Of a DNA stretch of 64,000 bases, positions 28,473 to 38,466 are shown in pieces (within the stretch, counting starts at the first letter, position 1; every line of letters begins with the position of its first letter). The notes below the pieces were generated by a model, which was not told the origin of the DNA, did no database searches, and was given only the letters and a program-made list of their open reading frames with translations. Location: sequence record OL631481.1. One strand, 5' to 3'. A program made the position numbers and the translations under genes. This stretch comes from Escherichia phage ECML-183-2.

Positions 28473-29221
28473 TTAAACAAGTTTCTTAAACAAATCTGAC
28501 ATTTTATTTGTCTGGTTTTGATGTTTTCTCTTTATTGAAGTGTCTTTAACATACATGGCTTCAACATACTCTTCGTATGTTAAATACTCATATAGTTTTA
28601 AAAGATAATCTACACCGTAGTTATCTAATGTTTTCAGTGTTTCCGAGGTATCTTTAACGACTTTGCAAAGAATAACCTCATACCACTTCAAAGTAAGGGT
28701 TTTCGTTGCTGTGTCGATAGCATGTTCAATCGCAGGTGTTAATTTGCTGCTAAACTCGTCATCGCCTGAAGCTGTGTGAACAGTTTTCCGAAACCTCGTT
28801 TGAAAAAAGGGCCGTAGTTTACCTCCAGAACTTTAGCAGTAAGATCTAACACTAGTTCTGGGTGAGCCATAAATAATTCATCAAAATTTTCTGCAACGTT
28901 ATAACCGTCTTGGGTATAAACCTCATCTAAAATTTTACGCAAAAAGACAGTTAAATTCTTTTCTTCCAAACCTGCAAAAAGTTGGATCAGTGCCATAGCA
29001 ATACGTGACTCAAGGTCTTCGTCTGCGGACATTGTTGCTGTGCTATACATAGTCATAGGAACAACCAGAACACTACCCAATTCTGGAATCCTGTCAAACA
29101 CTTTAGATGGACTCCACTTCATAATACGGAAAGTAACAGATCTGTTTCCATCTAACGGAATCTCAACTACTTCTTCTGGTCGAGCATATTTTTGAATTGT
29201 GTTATCTTGTTCTTGTGACAT
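28473..29221 (-). CDS. tail assembly chaperone, -1 frameshifted extended isoform (gpGT-like)
   Basis: T TTT TTC heptamer (plus coords 28802-28808) in frame GGC CCT TTT TTC; the -1 frame is open from there to stop at 28473. Confidence 0.5.
28739..29221 (-). CDS. tail assembly chaperone (gpG-like, zero-frame product)
   Basis: 160 aa ORF between tube and tape measure genes; contains slippery heptamer near its 3' end. Confidence 0.55.
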   Translation of the reverse strand: MSQEQDNTIQKYARPEEVVEIPLDGNRSVTFRIMKWSPSKVFDRIPELGSVLVVPMTMYSTATMSADEDLESRIAMALIQLFAGLEEKNLTVFLRKILDEVYTQDGYNVAENFDELFMAHPELVLDLTAKVLEVNYGPFFKRGFGKLFTQLQAMTSLAAN

Positions 29222-29236
29222 ATTTTCCTCTCTAAT

Positions 29237-29260
29237 GATAAAAAGGGCATTTCTGCCCTT
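29237..29260 (-). terminator. terminator/attenuator between tube and chaperone genes
   Basis: AGGGCA-GAAA-TGCCCT hairpin plus U-run on minus transcript. Confidence 0.45.
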
Positions 29261-29266
29261 TATTTA

Positions 29267-29746
29267 TTATTGAATTGTCAGAGCAGAGATTGAGTTAAGG
29301 GTGCTCAAACCTACACCAACTTCATTACGCAGAAGGCTTGCATCTTTAAGACCAATAACCCATTGGTTCTCTGTAATCATTTCGCCAATAGTATCTTCAG
29401 GCTGACTTTGAATCCATCCAATCGTGCTAATGTAATAGCCACGTGGGTCTTCCAAGTAAACACTGAATGCTACTTGACGAGTAGAATACATTGTTTGTGC
29501 ATATGTTGCAAGTACTTCGTTAGCTGGAGATGTGCGTTGCAAAGACATTGTGAGTGTTCCCAAACGGTTACGACTCAAAGCTAATGAAACGTCCCCATCA
29601 GTCCCTGAATAAGGGTTGATAATATCGTTAGATTTAGCAATAACGATTTTAGTATCAGCCGCAAAACCCCACGGTTCCCAACCACCTAATGAAAGGATAA
29701 CTTGAGATGGGTCGTAGGCCATTACGCCAGTAAGCATTTTATCCAT
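29267..29746 (-). CDS. tail tube protein
   Basis: 159 aa ORF immediately downstream of sheath gene. Confidence 0.55.
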   Translation of the reverse strand: MDKMLTGVMAYDPSQVILSLGGWEPWGFAADTKIVIAKSNDIINPYSGTDGDVSLALSRNRLGTLTMSLQRTSPANEVLATYAQTMYSTRQVAFSVYLEDPRGYYISTIGWIQSQPEDTIGEMITENQWVIGLKDASLLRNEVGVGLSTLNSISALTIQ

Positions 29747-29792
29747 TATAGATCCTCTTTATTTTGATAACGGGGGCTTAACCCCCGCCGTA

Positions 29793-31166
29793 TTAGTTTG
29801 CAGTACGGTTAGTCAGGACGTTGACCTGAACTTTAACGTAATGGAAGAAGCCAGCGTAAACATATTCAATCTTCATCCCATCAACCAGACGAGCATTGAT
29901 TTGCGCATCGGTCATATCGGCACGAGAAGGAATATAAACAATAGGTTTCAGATCGACACGCAAACCAGTCTCTTCAGAAGTAACAACTTCATTAGCGATG
30001 GAACCGTTGAGGATACCTACTTGGATCGGGTTAGCCAGAACAGCTTGTCGAATCAAAGCTAGACCATTTGAAGTAGCACGAACACCACCACCCAGCATAG
30101 ACTGTTGTTTAAACAGTGTAAACAGTGATTCTTCTGTGCGAGCTTTAAACCACAAAGCATGAACAACATAGTCAACAAAGAAACCGCTAACCATCAATCC
30201 ATCACGATAGAACAGAGTTCCATGCTCTTTACGATAGATGTTACCGTTCTGTTGAACAATATTGTTTTCCGAAGTCTGATCCAGTTTCTCGATCTCTACA
30301 CCTACCAGTGTTTTACCGTGAAGGGTAGTTAAACCAGGTTGACGAGAACAGATAGCACCAACAACTGCTGCTTCTGGGAATACAGAATCTGCATCGGTCA
30401 TCCACAATGCAAAGCAAGTGTTATTATAACCGAGATCATTCAGTCGTTCCAGAACGTTATCTTCTGCTTTCGTTTTAATTCCAGGTTCAGAGCTAGAGAA
30501 GAAGTAAACTTTATCATTCTCTTCTACCCATGCAGCCAAAGCTAGAACATCTTCTGTTTCATGGGAATCTGAAAGGGTCCAGAACCAGCTACTATCAATA
30601 TCATGCAGAGCAGCGATATCTTCCGTAATAGCATTAGCATAGACAGTTTCTTGAGTGAAACCTGTGCTGTCAATAGAACCAAACTTACCTTCTACTGGAG
30701 TGAAAGTCATTGCAGCGCCGTTGTTAGCTACTGTAAACAGTGGGCCATAAACAAGGTCTGCATTGATCATTTCAGTCAGACCAACTACAATCTCTTGTGC
30801 AGTTGCAGTGTCATCAGCAATGAATTTAAATTCTTTTTTCTTGGTACCATTTTTGATGGTAATTGTGTAAGTTGCACTATCTTCTACGATTGGAGTTAGA
30901 GTAAAGTTTGTAACTTCACGCTTACCAACCATAACTTGATCTGGTGGGAACAAACCGTTAAACAGTTTGACTGCCATAATATACGCTGGATCATTTAATC
31001 CATAACCTGCTTCCAAAAGTGCATCGGAAGAAGAGTAATATTGAATCGCTTCGCCAGTTACGTTCTGACCTGTAAGGATCAGGGGAATATCGAACTGGGT
31101 TTCACGAATTGATGTAGCACCATACAGTAAAGTTACGGTTGCTACCTTTTCACGAAAAGTTGCCAT
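29793..31166 (-). CDS. tail sheath protein
   Basis: 457 aa; size and position upstream of tube, chaperone and tape measure genes. Confidence 0.6.
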   Translation of the reverse strand: MATFREKVATVTLLYGATSIRETQFDIPLILTGQNVTGEAIQYYSSSDALLEAGYGLNDPAYIMAVKLFNGLFPPDQVMVGKREVTNFTLTPIVEDSATYTITIKNGTKKKEFKFIADDTATAQEIVVGLTEMINADLVYGPLFTVANNGAAMTFTPVEGKFGSIDSTGFTQETVYANAITEDIAALHDIDSSWFWTLSDSHETEDVLALAAWVEENDKVYFFSSSEPGIKTKAEDNVLERLNDLGYNNTCFALWMTDADSVFPEAAVVGAICSRQPGLTTLHGKTLVGVEIEKLDQTSENNIVQQNGNIYRKEHGTLFYRDGLMVSGFFVDYVVHALWFKARTEESLFTLFKQQSMLGGGVRATSNGLALIRQAVLANPIQVGILNGSIANEVVTSEETGLRVDLKPIVYIPSRADMTDAQINARLVDGMKIEYVYAGFFHYVKVQVNVLTNRTAN

Positions 31167-31200
31167 TTATGCTCCTGTTAGAAACTTAATTCCAATGAGT

Positions 31201-31860
31201 TTATTCGGTAGGGTTGTTAAATAATGATCCATTTTGATTAACTGACGAGTATTCGCCTGGAACCAAAGTAATTGCATAAACCCTGTTTAGAATTAAATCT
31301 AAAGGGATAGGATCATTGTAACTATCTCTGAATGAACGGATGTGCATGTTGATTGCTTCTATTGGTGTAGTAGCAATATCTTCAATACTCATACGAGTGT
31401 TGAACGTCATAACCATACGCGCTCTTAATTCAGTCTTATCTCCGTCTACAATTGTATTGGCTTGAGCTATATTGGAGGCTCCTAAAAAACCAAGACCTTT
31501 AGAATAGAGATGTTTGTATTTTAATTCCTCTGCACCACGGAGAGCAGCCAGAACATAGCTCATCAAAGTGGTAGGTCTTCCACGATAGGCTACAAGTTCA
31601 ATCTCGTAGGTATTATCCATCTCGTAGGAATACATATCATTTTGAATAGAGCTTCGGTAAGACCAACCTCCAGAATCGCTGGAAGTGATAATACGTAGTG
31701 CTAGGTAAGGAGTATCCGGTTTAATGAATGGCTTATCCATAACATAGACTGGCAACCCCACTAATTCTTGAAGGAAGCCACCTATATTTAAGTAGATGGC
31801 ATTTTCGTATGCTTCTATTTGTTGGTAAATATTAGCCAAAGTTTCCTCCTTCTGTTCCAT
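31201..31860 (-). CDS. hypothetical neck/tail protein
   Basis: 219 aa ORF between head and sheath genes. Confidence 0.45.
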   Translation of the reverse strand: MEQKEETLANIYQQIEAYENAIYLNIGGFLQELVGLPVYVMDKPFIKPDTPYLALRIITSSDSGGWSYRSSIQNDMYSYEMDNTYEIELVAYRGRPTTLMSYVLAALRGAEELKYKHLYSKGLGFLGASNIAQANTIVDGDKTELRARMVMTFNTRMSIEDIATTPIEAINMHIRSFRDSYNDPIPLDLILNRVYAITLVPGEYSSVNQNGSLFNNPTE

Positions 31861-32281
31861 AAGACCAGGAGTTGTTTTGATCGTCTAATATCGCAACACA
31901 GTGATGATGGACTAAGAAAGATGTTCTGGTCCAATCTTTAAGGGAATAAACAGAATACCATTTACCATCTATCAATATCTGATCTGATAACTGTTCTGTT
32001 CCTTGTTGTAACCCCTTCATTTCTGTTTTAGTCCAGAAACTATATTGAGCCTTAGATCTGTAACCTTCAGGTAGTGCATTCAGTGTTTTACCAGATATCG
32101 GTTGTAAGCTTGCCGCTTCAATAGTAAATGGTTCATATTCTACACTACTTTCTAAGTTAGCAATAACTGAACCAACTGCCTCTTTGTAGACTCGTCTACG
32201 ACCTTGGTATTCAGTTAGATCAAGGAGAGTAAATTGATCTAGTAACACTTGTATCTCCTTTTTAGTATACATCAAAAACAA
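31832..32281 (-). CDS. hypothetical neck/tail protein
   Basis: 149 aa ORF. Confidence 0.45.
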   Translation of the reverse strand: MFLMYTKKEIQVLLDQFTLLDLTEYQGRRRVYKEAVGSVIANLESSVEYEPFTIEAASLQPISGKTLNALPEGYRSKAQYSFWTKTEMKGLQQGTEQLSDQILIDGKWYSVYSLKDWTRTSFLVHHHCVAILDDQNNSWSYGTEGGNFG

Positions 32282-32293
32282 AGTTTATGCAAG

Positions 32294-32782
32294 TTATTTT
32301 TTAGACTTGCTTTTTGTGATTTTTGTTTCGATTGCATTTATCATATATGCCGTATCTATTAAGATATGATTAGAATAGTTGCCTTTATCTTGTCGTATCT
32401 TAATTGTCACAGGAGATAAAGGACGATAACGTTGCATTGCAATCGCTTGAGCTATTCCTTCTCTAGAGGCTCTCGCTATAGGCTCAAAAACAGCCAACCC
32501 AACATTGTTCATTAGGTAATTTGCAAAAACCTGCTTCATCTTTTTAGCGATATTGTTCTGTGAGATAACAGCACCATCTGTTATAAAAGGGCGAGCAGGT
32601 ATGTTGTTTGTTTCATTACCATATTGTTGAATAGCTGCTATTGCAGGAATAGTGAGATCTGATTCAGGATGCCTTTTGTTTGTTAAAAAACCAGCTTCGA
32701 TTTGAACTTGTTCAAGGTCCATCATCTTTTTGATAATGGTTTCCCAATCTGTATCGTCACCTGGTAAGATCTCACTTTCCAT
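32294..32782 (-). CDS. hypothetical head-tail joining protein
   Basis: 162 aa ORF. Confidence 0.45.
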   Translation of the reverse strand: MESEILPGDDTDWETIIKKMMDLEQVQIEAGFLTNKRHPESDLTIPAIAAIQQYGNETNNIPARPFITDGAVISQNNIAKKMKQVFANYLMNNVGLAVFEPIARASREGIAQAIAMQRYRPLSPVTIKIRQDKGNYSNHILIDTAYMINAIETKITKSKSKK

Positions 32783-33330
32783 TATTTGTCCCTACGATAA
32801 AAAGAAACAGGTCCGTAATTTCGCAAATAATTAACGTTGCGGGTATTACGATCAACACTTGCAACATTACCAAGACCATTCACAGAGTTAGGATCGCTGT
32901 TTACTCGATCAATCTCACGAGCATCCACACCGCCAATAAGAACTTTACTGGTTGCTCCTCGTCCTGCCGTGCACCCAGGAATGACCATAAGACCATTTAA
33001 ATAGTTATGATAGATATCTTCCCACGGAGACTTATAAGTTACTTGACCGTTGTTAAATTTAACTTCAACTTCGACTTCACCCATCTTTTCTCTGCGGGAC
33101 ATAGCTCCTCCTGTTTGAGTACTGTTGTTAAGAACATCGTTGTTCCATAGATACTCTAAAACAGAAATCAAGCTGTTCCACAATACTGCACACTTATCCT
33201 TATCTTCATTCCCTATGATATCAATCCAAGTTTGGATGATCTGAATCAGCATTGCATCTGGCAATACTTCTTGAGAAGGGTTATAAACAAGAATTCGGAT
33301 CAGTGGTGCCAACTCTACCGCATTCAGCAT
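32782..33330 (-). CDS. hypothetical head-tail joining protein
   Basis: 182 aa ORF, stop-start coupled. Confidence 0.45.
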   Translation of the reverse strand: MLNAVELAPLIRILVYNPSQEVLPDAMLIQIIQTWIDIIGNEDKDKCAVLWNSLISVLEYLWNNDVLNNSTQTGGAMSRREKMGEVEVEVKFNNGQVTYKSPWEDIYHNYLNGLMVIPGCTAGRGATSKVLIGGVDAREIDRVNSDPNSVNGLGNVASVDRNTRNVNYLRNYGPVSFYRRDK

Positions 33331-33339
33331 AAGCCCACC

Positions 33340-33684
33340 TTATTTTTTACGAAGGGAACGTTTTTTAGCTGGAGTGTCTACCGCTTCTACTTTTAAAACT
33401 TCTTCTTTGATTTTTACAGGTGCATAGTCTTCGTAACTTACAAGATAGTAACCCATGTGTTCTTCACTTGCAAAAGGATGCACAAGAATACCTGTTTCTT
33501 CTCTCAAACGCGTGAGGAAGTGAATGAAGTTTCCACCTAATGCAATACGACCATCTTTCAGATAGAAAGACATTGGTGGCGCAGATACTAATGTTTTATC
33601 AGCATCGATCAGTGGTGAAAGCGATTCGAAATCACGAATCATTTCGTGATAACTAAAGTAACGTTTCAATTCTGGGTTTGACAT
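33340..33684 (-). CDS. hypothetical head completion protein (start revised to internal ATG)
   Basis: ATG at 33684 has a GAGGAG RBS; the ORF-track start at 33738 lies inside the upstream terminator hairpin. Confidence 0.45.
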   Translation of the reverse strand: MSNPELKRYFSYHEMIRDFESLSPLIDADKTLVSAPPMSFYLKDGRIALGGNFIHFLTRLREETGILVHPFASEEHMGYYLVSYEDYAPVKIKEEVLKVEAVDTPAKKRSLRKK

Positions 33685-33715
33685 ATCAATCTCCTCGTTG
33701 TAAACTCTTATTGTA

Positions 33716-33750
33716 AACAGAAAAGGCTCGCCCATCACGGACGAGCCTCT
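33716..33750 (-). terminator. intrinsic terminator downstream of major capsid gene
   Basis: AGGCTCG...CGAGCCT 7-bp stem followed by UUUCUGUUU on minus transcript. Confidence 0.5.
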
Positions 33751-33768
33751 AATCTTAACAGAGTTCTA

Positions 33769-34770
33769 TTAAGCCGTAGTCAGTTTAACTACCAGTTCTG
33801 GACGGGTGTTAACTGCGAGCAGCGAGAATTCAGACTGAAGCTGAATAGTGCGGTGCTGGCTGATCATGAAGGTATACAGTTCACGAGCCTGGGTGTTAGC
33901 CAGTTCTGGAGTATCCGCAGGAGCGTAGTGCGCCTGGAACATACCTTCGATACCCATAGGCAGAACATATGCTTCACCAGCAGGAATGTTACCGTGGATA
34001 TCTTCAATGTAAGTTACACCGTTCCATTCGAACACCTGAACATCCATGTTACCGCTAAGGCGGTCACGCAGAAGGTTAGGAGTTCCCTGGAAATACTGAT
34101 ACGCCTGGCGAACAAATGGAGAGTTAACCAGAGATGCGAAAAATTCACGAGAACACAGAGCTACGATACGGGTAGCGGTAGAGCCATCTTGTTTAGTATC
34201 GATGATGTAAGCACGAGCTTCTTGTTCGATAGTGGCTGCTGGAGAAACAGTGGTAGAAGCAAAGTCTACAGCAACAGATTTCTGGGTAGCACCCCATTCG
34301 GTATACCAGTTGTATGCAGAGTTAGCTGCACCACCTACGCCGTTATAGGCACGACCCATAACTGCTTCTGCAAAGATTTTCTCTTTGGTTTTTGCTACGT
34401 CACGCAGAATCTGGGACATATAACGGTTAACAACTTCAGCGTCTGTGCGCAGAGAGTCATTGATTCCTGCCATTGCAAAGCTACGGAAAGATTGAATATC
34501 TTGAGCTTTGATGTTTTTATCCAGAGGGAAGAACGGAATGCGGAACGCTTTCAGTTCTGGATTTTTCATGGTCAGGAAGTTACGCTCACCACCACGCTCA
34601 CGAGCGGAGATCAGAGCATCTTCAGCTTTTTCTTTACCGATTTCAATAGCGGTAGTTGAATGATAGTCAACACTGAACAGATTCAGGCTGGCAATCAGTG
34701 TATCAGGGGAATCCTGAAGTTCGATCATAGGGCTGAAATCTACAACCTGATCTAAAATTACTGCTGGCAT
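33769..34770 (-). CDS. major capsid protein (lambda gpE-like)
   Basis: 333 aa; gene order scaffold-decoration-capsid; segment NTQARELYTF recalled as similar to lambda E. Confidence 0.6.
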   Translation of the reverse strand: MPAVILDQVVDFSPMIELQDSPDTLIASLNLFSVDYHSTTAIEIGKEKAEDALISARERGGERNFLTMKNPELKAFRIPFFPLDKNIKAQDIQSFRSFAMAGINDSLRTDAEVVNRYMSQILRDVAKTKEKIFAEAVMGRAYNGVGGAANSAYNWYTEWGATQKSVAVDFASTTVSPAATIEQEARAYIIDTKQDGSTATRIVALCSREFFASLVNSPFVRQAYQYFQGTPNLLRDRLSGNMDVQVFEWNGVTYIEDIHGNIPAGEAYVLPMGIEGMFQAHYAPADTPELANTQARELYTFMISQHRTIQLQSEFSLLAVNTRPELVVKLTTA

Positions 34771-34791
34771 TATATTAATCTCCTATTAAAA

Positions 34792-35190
34792 TTAAGAAGT
34801 GAAAACGACTTTTTCGGTCAGTTTCAGATCATGTGTTTCCAGTGCTGCTACGCCAGCGTCATCTACCAGGGAGCCATCTTTGTAGTATACTGCAAAGCGG
34901 TTCAGAGTAAGATCACGTACGCCAACAACTGCGGTGAAAGTGTCACCTACTGCTACATCGTCAATACCGAACAGAGCATCAGTCCAAATCAGAACTTTAG
35001 CAGCATCGGCAGCTTCAGCTTTAGCAGCTTCAGTGTTGTCAGCTTTCAGGATAGAACCAATTTTCATGGTTGCTGTTTTAACCAGGTTAACTTCACGTAC
35101 ACAGTGTCCAAGGTCAGAGCTAAACACTCCACCCAGAACCAGGTGTCCGAATTCCTGGCGAGAGTTAGATAAAGTAATTCCTTTAGCCAT
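34792..35190 (-). CDS. head decoration protein (lambda gpD-like)
   Basis: 132 aa Ala/Val/Asp-rich ORF immediately upstream of capsid gene. Confidence 0.5.
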   Translation of the reverse strand: MAKGITLSNSRQEFGHLVLGGVFSSDLGHCVREVNLVKTATMKIGSILKADNTEAAKAEAADAAKVLIWTDALFGIDDVAVGDTFTAVVGVRDLTLNRFAVYYKDGSLVDDAGVAALETHDLKLTEKVVFTS

Positions 35191-35209
35191 TTAATTTAAT
35201 CTCCTAAGA

Positions 35210-36325
35210 TTATTGTTTCTGGGCTTTTTTAAGTTCAGCAGCTTTCTGACTAATCAGTTCAGAAGAAGATTTAGCTACAGGTTGAGTATTGATCACATCA
35301 ACACCACGTTCTGTTCCAAATTCTTTCTTAACTGCGTCCACTTCTGCACGTGCTTTTTCGAATGCTTTGACGATAGTTTCAGCGATATCTTTATTGTCTA
35401 CCAGATATTTAACGAGAGCTTCAACTTTGTCTTCTTCTACGAAAGAATAGGATTTAACAACAGTTGTATATTCTTCTTCGATACGAGCTTGTTCAGCTTT
35501 ACGAAGTTCTTCTGCTTCCTGTTCTGCCTTAGCGATTTTTTCCTGTGCTTCAAGTTCTGCGGCTGCACGTGCATCTGCGGCTGCTTTTTCTACAGCTTCA
35601 GCGATCTGTGCTTTCATCAGTTCTTGGAATTCAGCAGATTTCAGGAATTCTTCTTTGTTGATATTTTCCAAAGGGGTTTCTCCTTTATTGATTCCAGTTG
35701 TGTTTGCAGATTTATCACCTGCGGGGTTAGCCTCTGCATCCACAGAGTTTGTATTAGCTTTAGCGTGAGCTTTCACTAAATAATCTTTAACTTGACTTTG
35801 TTTCAAGGAACTCTTAACGAGATTACTCAAAGCATCGTCTAAAACGTCCTCAAAGAAATCAATGGAGATCATTACATCACCATCAACAACTTGATAATCA
35901 GTAACACGAACAACAGGTTTAGCAACCTCTTCAACTTCAACATTCAGTCCGTCAACTTTAAAGCCAACAGAGAACATACCGTTATCTGAACAGAAAATTG
36001 CAACGTTCGCATCGAAGTCAGCATCAATAACGTAAACCCAATCCCAACCAGCTTCAAATTTTTCACGCACTTTTTCAGAAATGCGATCCATCACTTGTTG
36101 AATATAGCTTTTACGTAACTCTGTAACATCTTCTCCCATTTTAGTGAGAGCTTCTAACTTTTCAAAAGTTATGTCTGGAGATCCGTCTGACTTAAATAAA
36201 AGGGGGGTATTATAACCAGATGCCGCTCCACCTTGAAAATCAAAAGTGTAAGCAATATGAGCACCTAGTGACTCTTCCGTAGCTTTTCCTGAAAAGTCTA
36301 CGTTAGTTAAATATGTATTTGCCAC
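35210..36325 (-). CDS. scaffolding protein (possibly protease-scaffold fusion)
   Basis: 371 aa; C-terminal Ala/Glu/Lys-rich coiled-coil region. Confidence 0.45.
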   Translation of the reverse strand: MANTYLTNVDFSGKATEESLGAHIAYTFDFQGGAASGYNTPLLFKSDGSPDITFEKLEALTKMGEDVTELRKSYIQQVMDRISEKVREKFEAGWDWVYVIDADFDANVAIFCSDNGMFSVGFKVDGLNVEVEEVAKPVVRVTDYQVVDGDVMISIDFFEDVLDDALSNLVKSSLKQSQVKDYLVKAHAKANTNSVDAEANPAGDKSANTTGINKGETPLENINKEEFLKSAEFQELMKAQIAEAVEKAAADARAAAELEAQEKIAKAEQEAEELRKAEQARIEEEYTTVVKSYSFVEEDKVEALVKYLVDNKDIAETIVKAFEKARAEVDAVKKEFGTERGVDVINTQPVAKSSSELISQKAAELKKAQKQ

Positions 36326-36327
36326 GA

Positions 36328-36807
36328 TTAGTCCTTCTTGACTTTAACGCCCATTGCGCCTATACTCAAACCTTTAAGAACGCCGTCTTTACGAGCTTGA
36401 TATAATTCAGGGTCGTTGAATTGGATTTTAACGAGGGGAGTTCCTTCCACAACGAGTTCGTCACCAATGTAACAATCGACTTCATTTACCCAAGCTTTAA
36501 TTGGAGAAAACTTATCGGTGTTCTTCATGTGACCAAGATTACCACTAATGTTGGTAATATTCTCATTGAAGTTGTCAACCATCTTCCTGATTTCCAAATC
36601 AGACATGCGCTCTCCGTGGAGATCGTCTTCTTCAGGTGGACAATACAAGACCTCAATAACCTGCATCTTTTCTTCATCAAATTTATTTTGTTTGACTAGA
36701 GTTTCAGGTTTTTGAGATGGTATAGAATCTTGTTGGGATTCAGAATTCTCTTTAAAACCAGCGAAGGTTTTGAAGAGTTCCCACAGTGTATCTTTATTGA
36801 GTTCCAT
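36328..36807 (-). CDS. head morphogenesis protein
   Basis: 159 aa ORF between portal and scaffold. Confidence 0.4.
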   Translation of the reverse strand: MELNKDTLWELFKTFAGFKENSESQQDSIPSQKPETLVKQNKFDEEKMQVIEVLYCPPEEDDLHGERMSDLEIRKMVDNFNENITNISGNLGHMKNTDKFSPIKAWVNEVDCYIGDELVVEGTPLVKIQFNDPELYQARKDGVLKGLSIGAMGVKVKKD

Positions 36808-36843
36808 TTGAAACCTCTTAAAAACAGATATCCCATAAATCTT

Positions 36844-36872
36844 AGTCTACAGGATATTTGTTGTTTTGTCAA
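36844..36872 (-). promoter_or_regulatory. sigma70-like promoter TTGACA-N17-TAGACT with AT-rich UP-like element
   Basis: Minus-strand -35 at 36867-36872, -10 at 36844-36849, AT-rich tract 36873-36900. Confidence 0.45.
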
Positions 36873-36900
36873 TAGAAAAATTAAAAAATATTAAATATTT

Positions 36901-38466
36901 TTAATTCGACAGGTTTTGTGCTGAAGGATCTAAAGCAGAAACAGTATCAGACGTTCCAGTTCCCGCTGTAGCTAAACCATCTCCTGATCGTGAAGTTTTG
37001 TCAGGCATATAGTTATCCATGAATTCAAAGAATTTCTCTTTATTGGCAACAATATCGTCAGGGATGCGATATTCAAAACCAATTTTTTCAAGGAACTCGT
37101 TAATAACTTCTGGGGTTAAAGGTATTGCACCAGAGGCTACCAACTGCTGAATAGCTTTAGCATTTACTTCAATATCAGGATCACCCATTTCACCACTGAC
37201 AAACTTAGGCATATCTTCATCAGAAAGGAAGATATTGTTTAGTCGTAGTGTTTGAGGGATCAGTTGAGAGTTTATAGCTTCTACAACAATATCTACATCT
37301 CGCTCAATAAAATGAGACAATAGTGTTTGTTTGTTGTCAGAAAGCGCAAAACTTCCTGCATCACCATCACCCATAATCAACACACCCGCACCAAAGCGGT
37401 TATAAATATCTAGCTTGCGTTGTTTGATTAGTGCTTGAGTGTCAAACTGTTTACCCGTGCCATCAACACCTTGGAATACAAGATCGTATTGACGCATCAC
37501 TGTGCCTTCATAAACGTCTGAAGGCAATACCATGTAGGCTTGCTCACCAGAGTGCAGGTTAGCGATGTTGGCTTGGAGAACTCGAAGAGATTGTGCTTCA
37601 TCCCCAGCAGGATCTAAAGATGCCCTGTTTAGAATGTCACTTGGAACCTTAAGAACTGGCATACCGCCTAAATCTTTAGATACCCCAATAACCTCAAATT
37701 CCTGAATAAGAGATTTTTCACGCCAGCTACGATATACAGCTAAAAGCGGACTAACTCCTAGTGGGTTATTCTCTGTAATGTTACTACCAACAAATAAAAC
37801 TTTACTGAAAGGAATTTCTTTAATACCAGTTTCTAAAGTTGTATTACCTGGAGCTAACATCGTATTGGTGATATTCTGGTTAACAGATAGAATAGAACGT
37901 CCGTCTGCCGAATATGTAAAAGGTTGAGCCATGTGAAGAGTGTCTTGTGGTCTAAAAGCCAGTTTGGTCAATCGCCAATACCCAAAGTAAGGACTTTTAG
38001 GATCTTCATCCAACTCATAAACTTTCTCTGCGAATGCAAAACCATATTGCTTATATGTCAAAAGTGATCTAACATATTGACGTAGAGGGGCTTGCATATT
38101 GCGTAACATGTAATCAATAAACTTAGCAGCTTTTCTTGACTTTGCCGAGTTTACATTGTATTTTATCTTGAAATCAAAGAATGCTCTATCTACAAAGATA
38201 TATGTAGCGTCAAGAGCAGTAGCTACATCAGGGTCTTCACCCATCTCTTTAAAAGTGCGAATACATTCTGGGAAACGAGTCTCATAAGGTTGCATGAAAT
38301 TCGTAAATGCTTTGATTGAGTTTAATCCGATCGTTCCTATTTCAGGTGACAGGAGTAACGTTTTCTCTTTCTCTGCCTCTTTTGTTGGAGAGAGAGCAGC
38401 TTTATTTGCAGCACCTTTGTCCCAGTATTCTGACTTTTTAGTGTACGTTCTTTTTCCTGTTGACAC
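36901..38466 (-). CDS. portal protein
   Basis: 521 aa directly downstream of large terminase; GTG start with GGAGGA RBS. Confidence 0.6.
   Translation of the reverse strand: MSTGKRTYTKKSEYWDKGAANKAALSPTKEAEKEKTLLLSPEIGTIGLNSIKAFTNFMQPYETRFPECIRTFKEMGEDPDVATALDATYIFVDRAFFDFKIKYNVNSAKSRKAAKFIDYMLRNMQAPLRQYVRSLLTYKQYGFAFAEKVYELDEDPKSPYFGYWRLTKLAFRPQDTLHMAQPFTYSADGRSILSVNQNITNTMLAPGNTTLETGIKEIPFSKVLFVGSNITENNPLGVSPLLAVYRSWREKSLIQEFEVIGVSKDLGGMPVLKVPSDILNRASLDPAGDEAQSLRVLQANIANLHSGEQAYMVLPSDVYEGTVMRQYDLVFQGVDGTGKQFDTQALIKQRKLDIYNRFGAGVLIMGDGDAGSFALSDNKQTLLSHFIERDVDIVVEAINSQLIPQTLRLNNIFLSDEDMPKFVSGEMGDPDIEVNAKAIQQLVASGAIPLTPEVINEFLEKIGFEYRIPDDIVANKEKFFEFMDNYMPDKTSRSGDGLATAGTGTSDTVSALDPSAQNLSN

Noticed and set aside
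28473-28691. 72-aa ORF as an independent gene
   Set aside because: Better explained as the -1 frameshift extension of the chaperone gene; it starts only with TTG and its frame is open back to the slippery site
33853-34659. 268-aa plus-strand ORF inside the major capsid gene
   Set aside because: Antisense to the capsid gene, Cys/Arg-rich shadow ORF, no RBS
35213-35779. 188-aa plus-strand ORF inside the scaffold gene
   Set aside because: Phe/Cys-rich antisense shadow of a GAA/GCT-rich coding region
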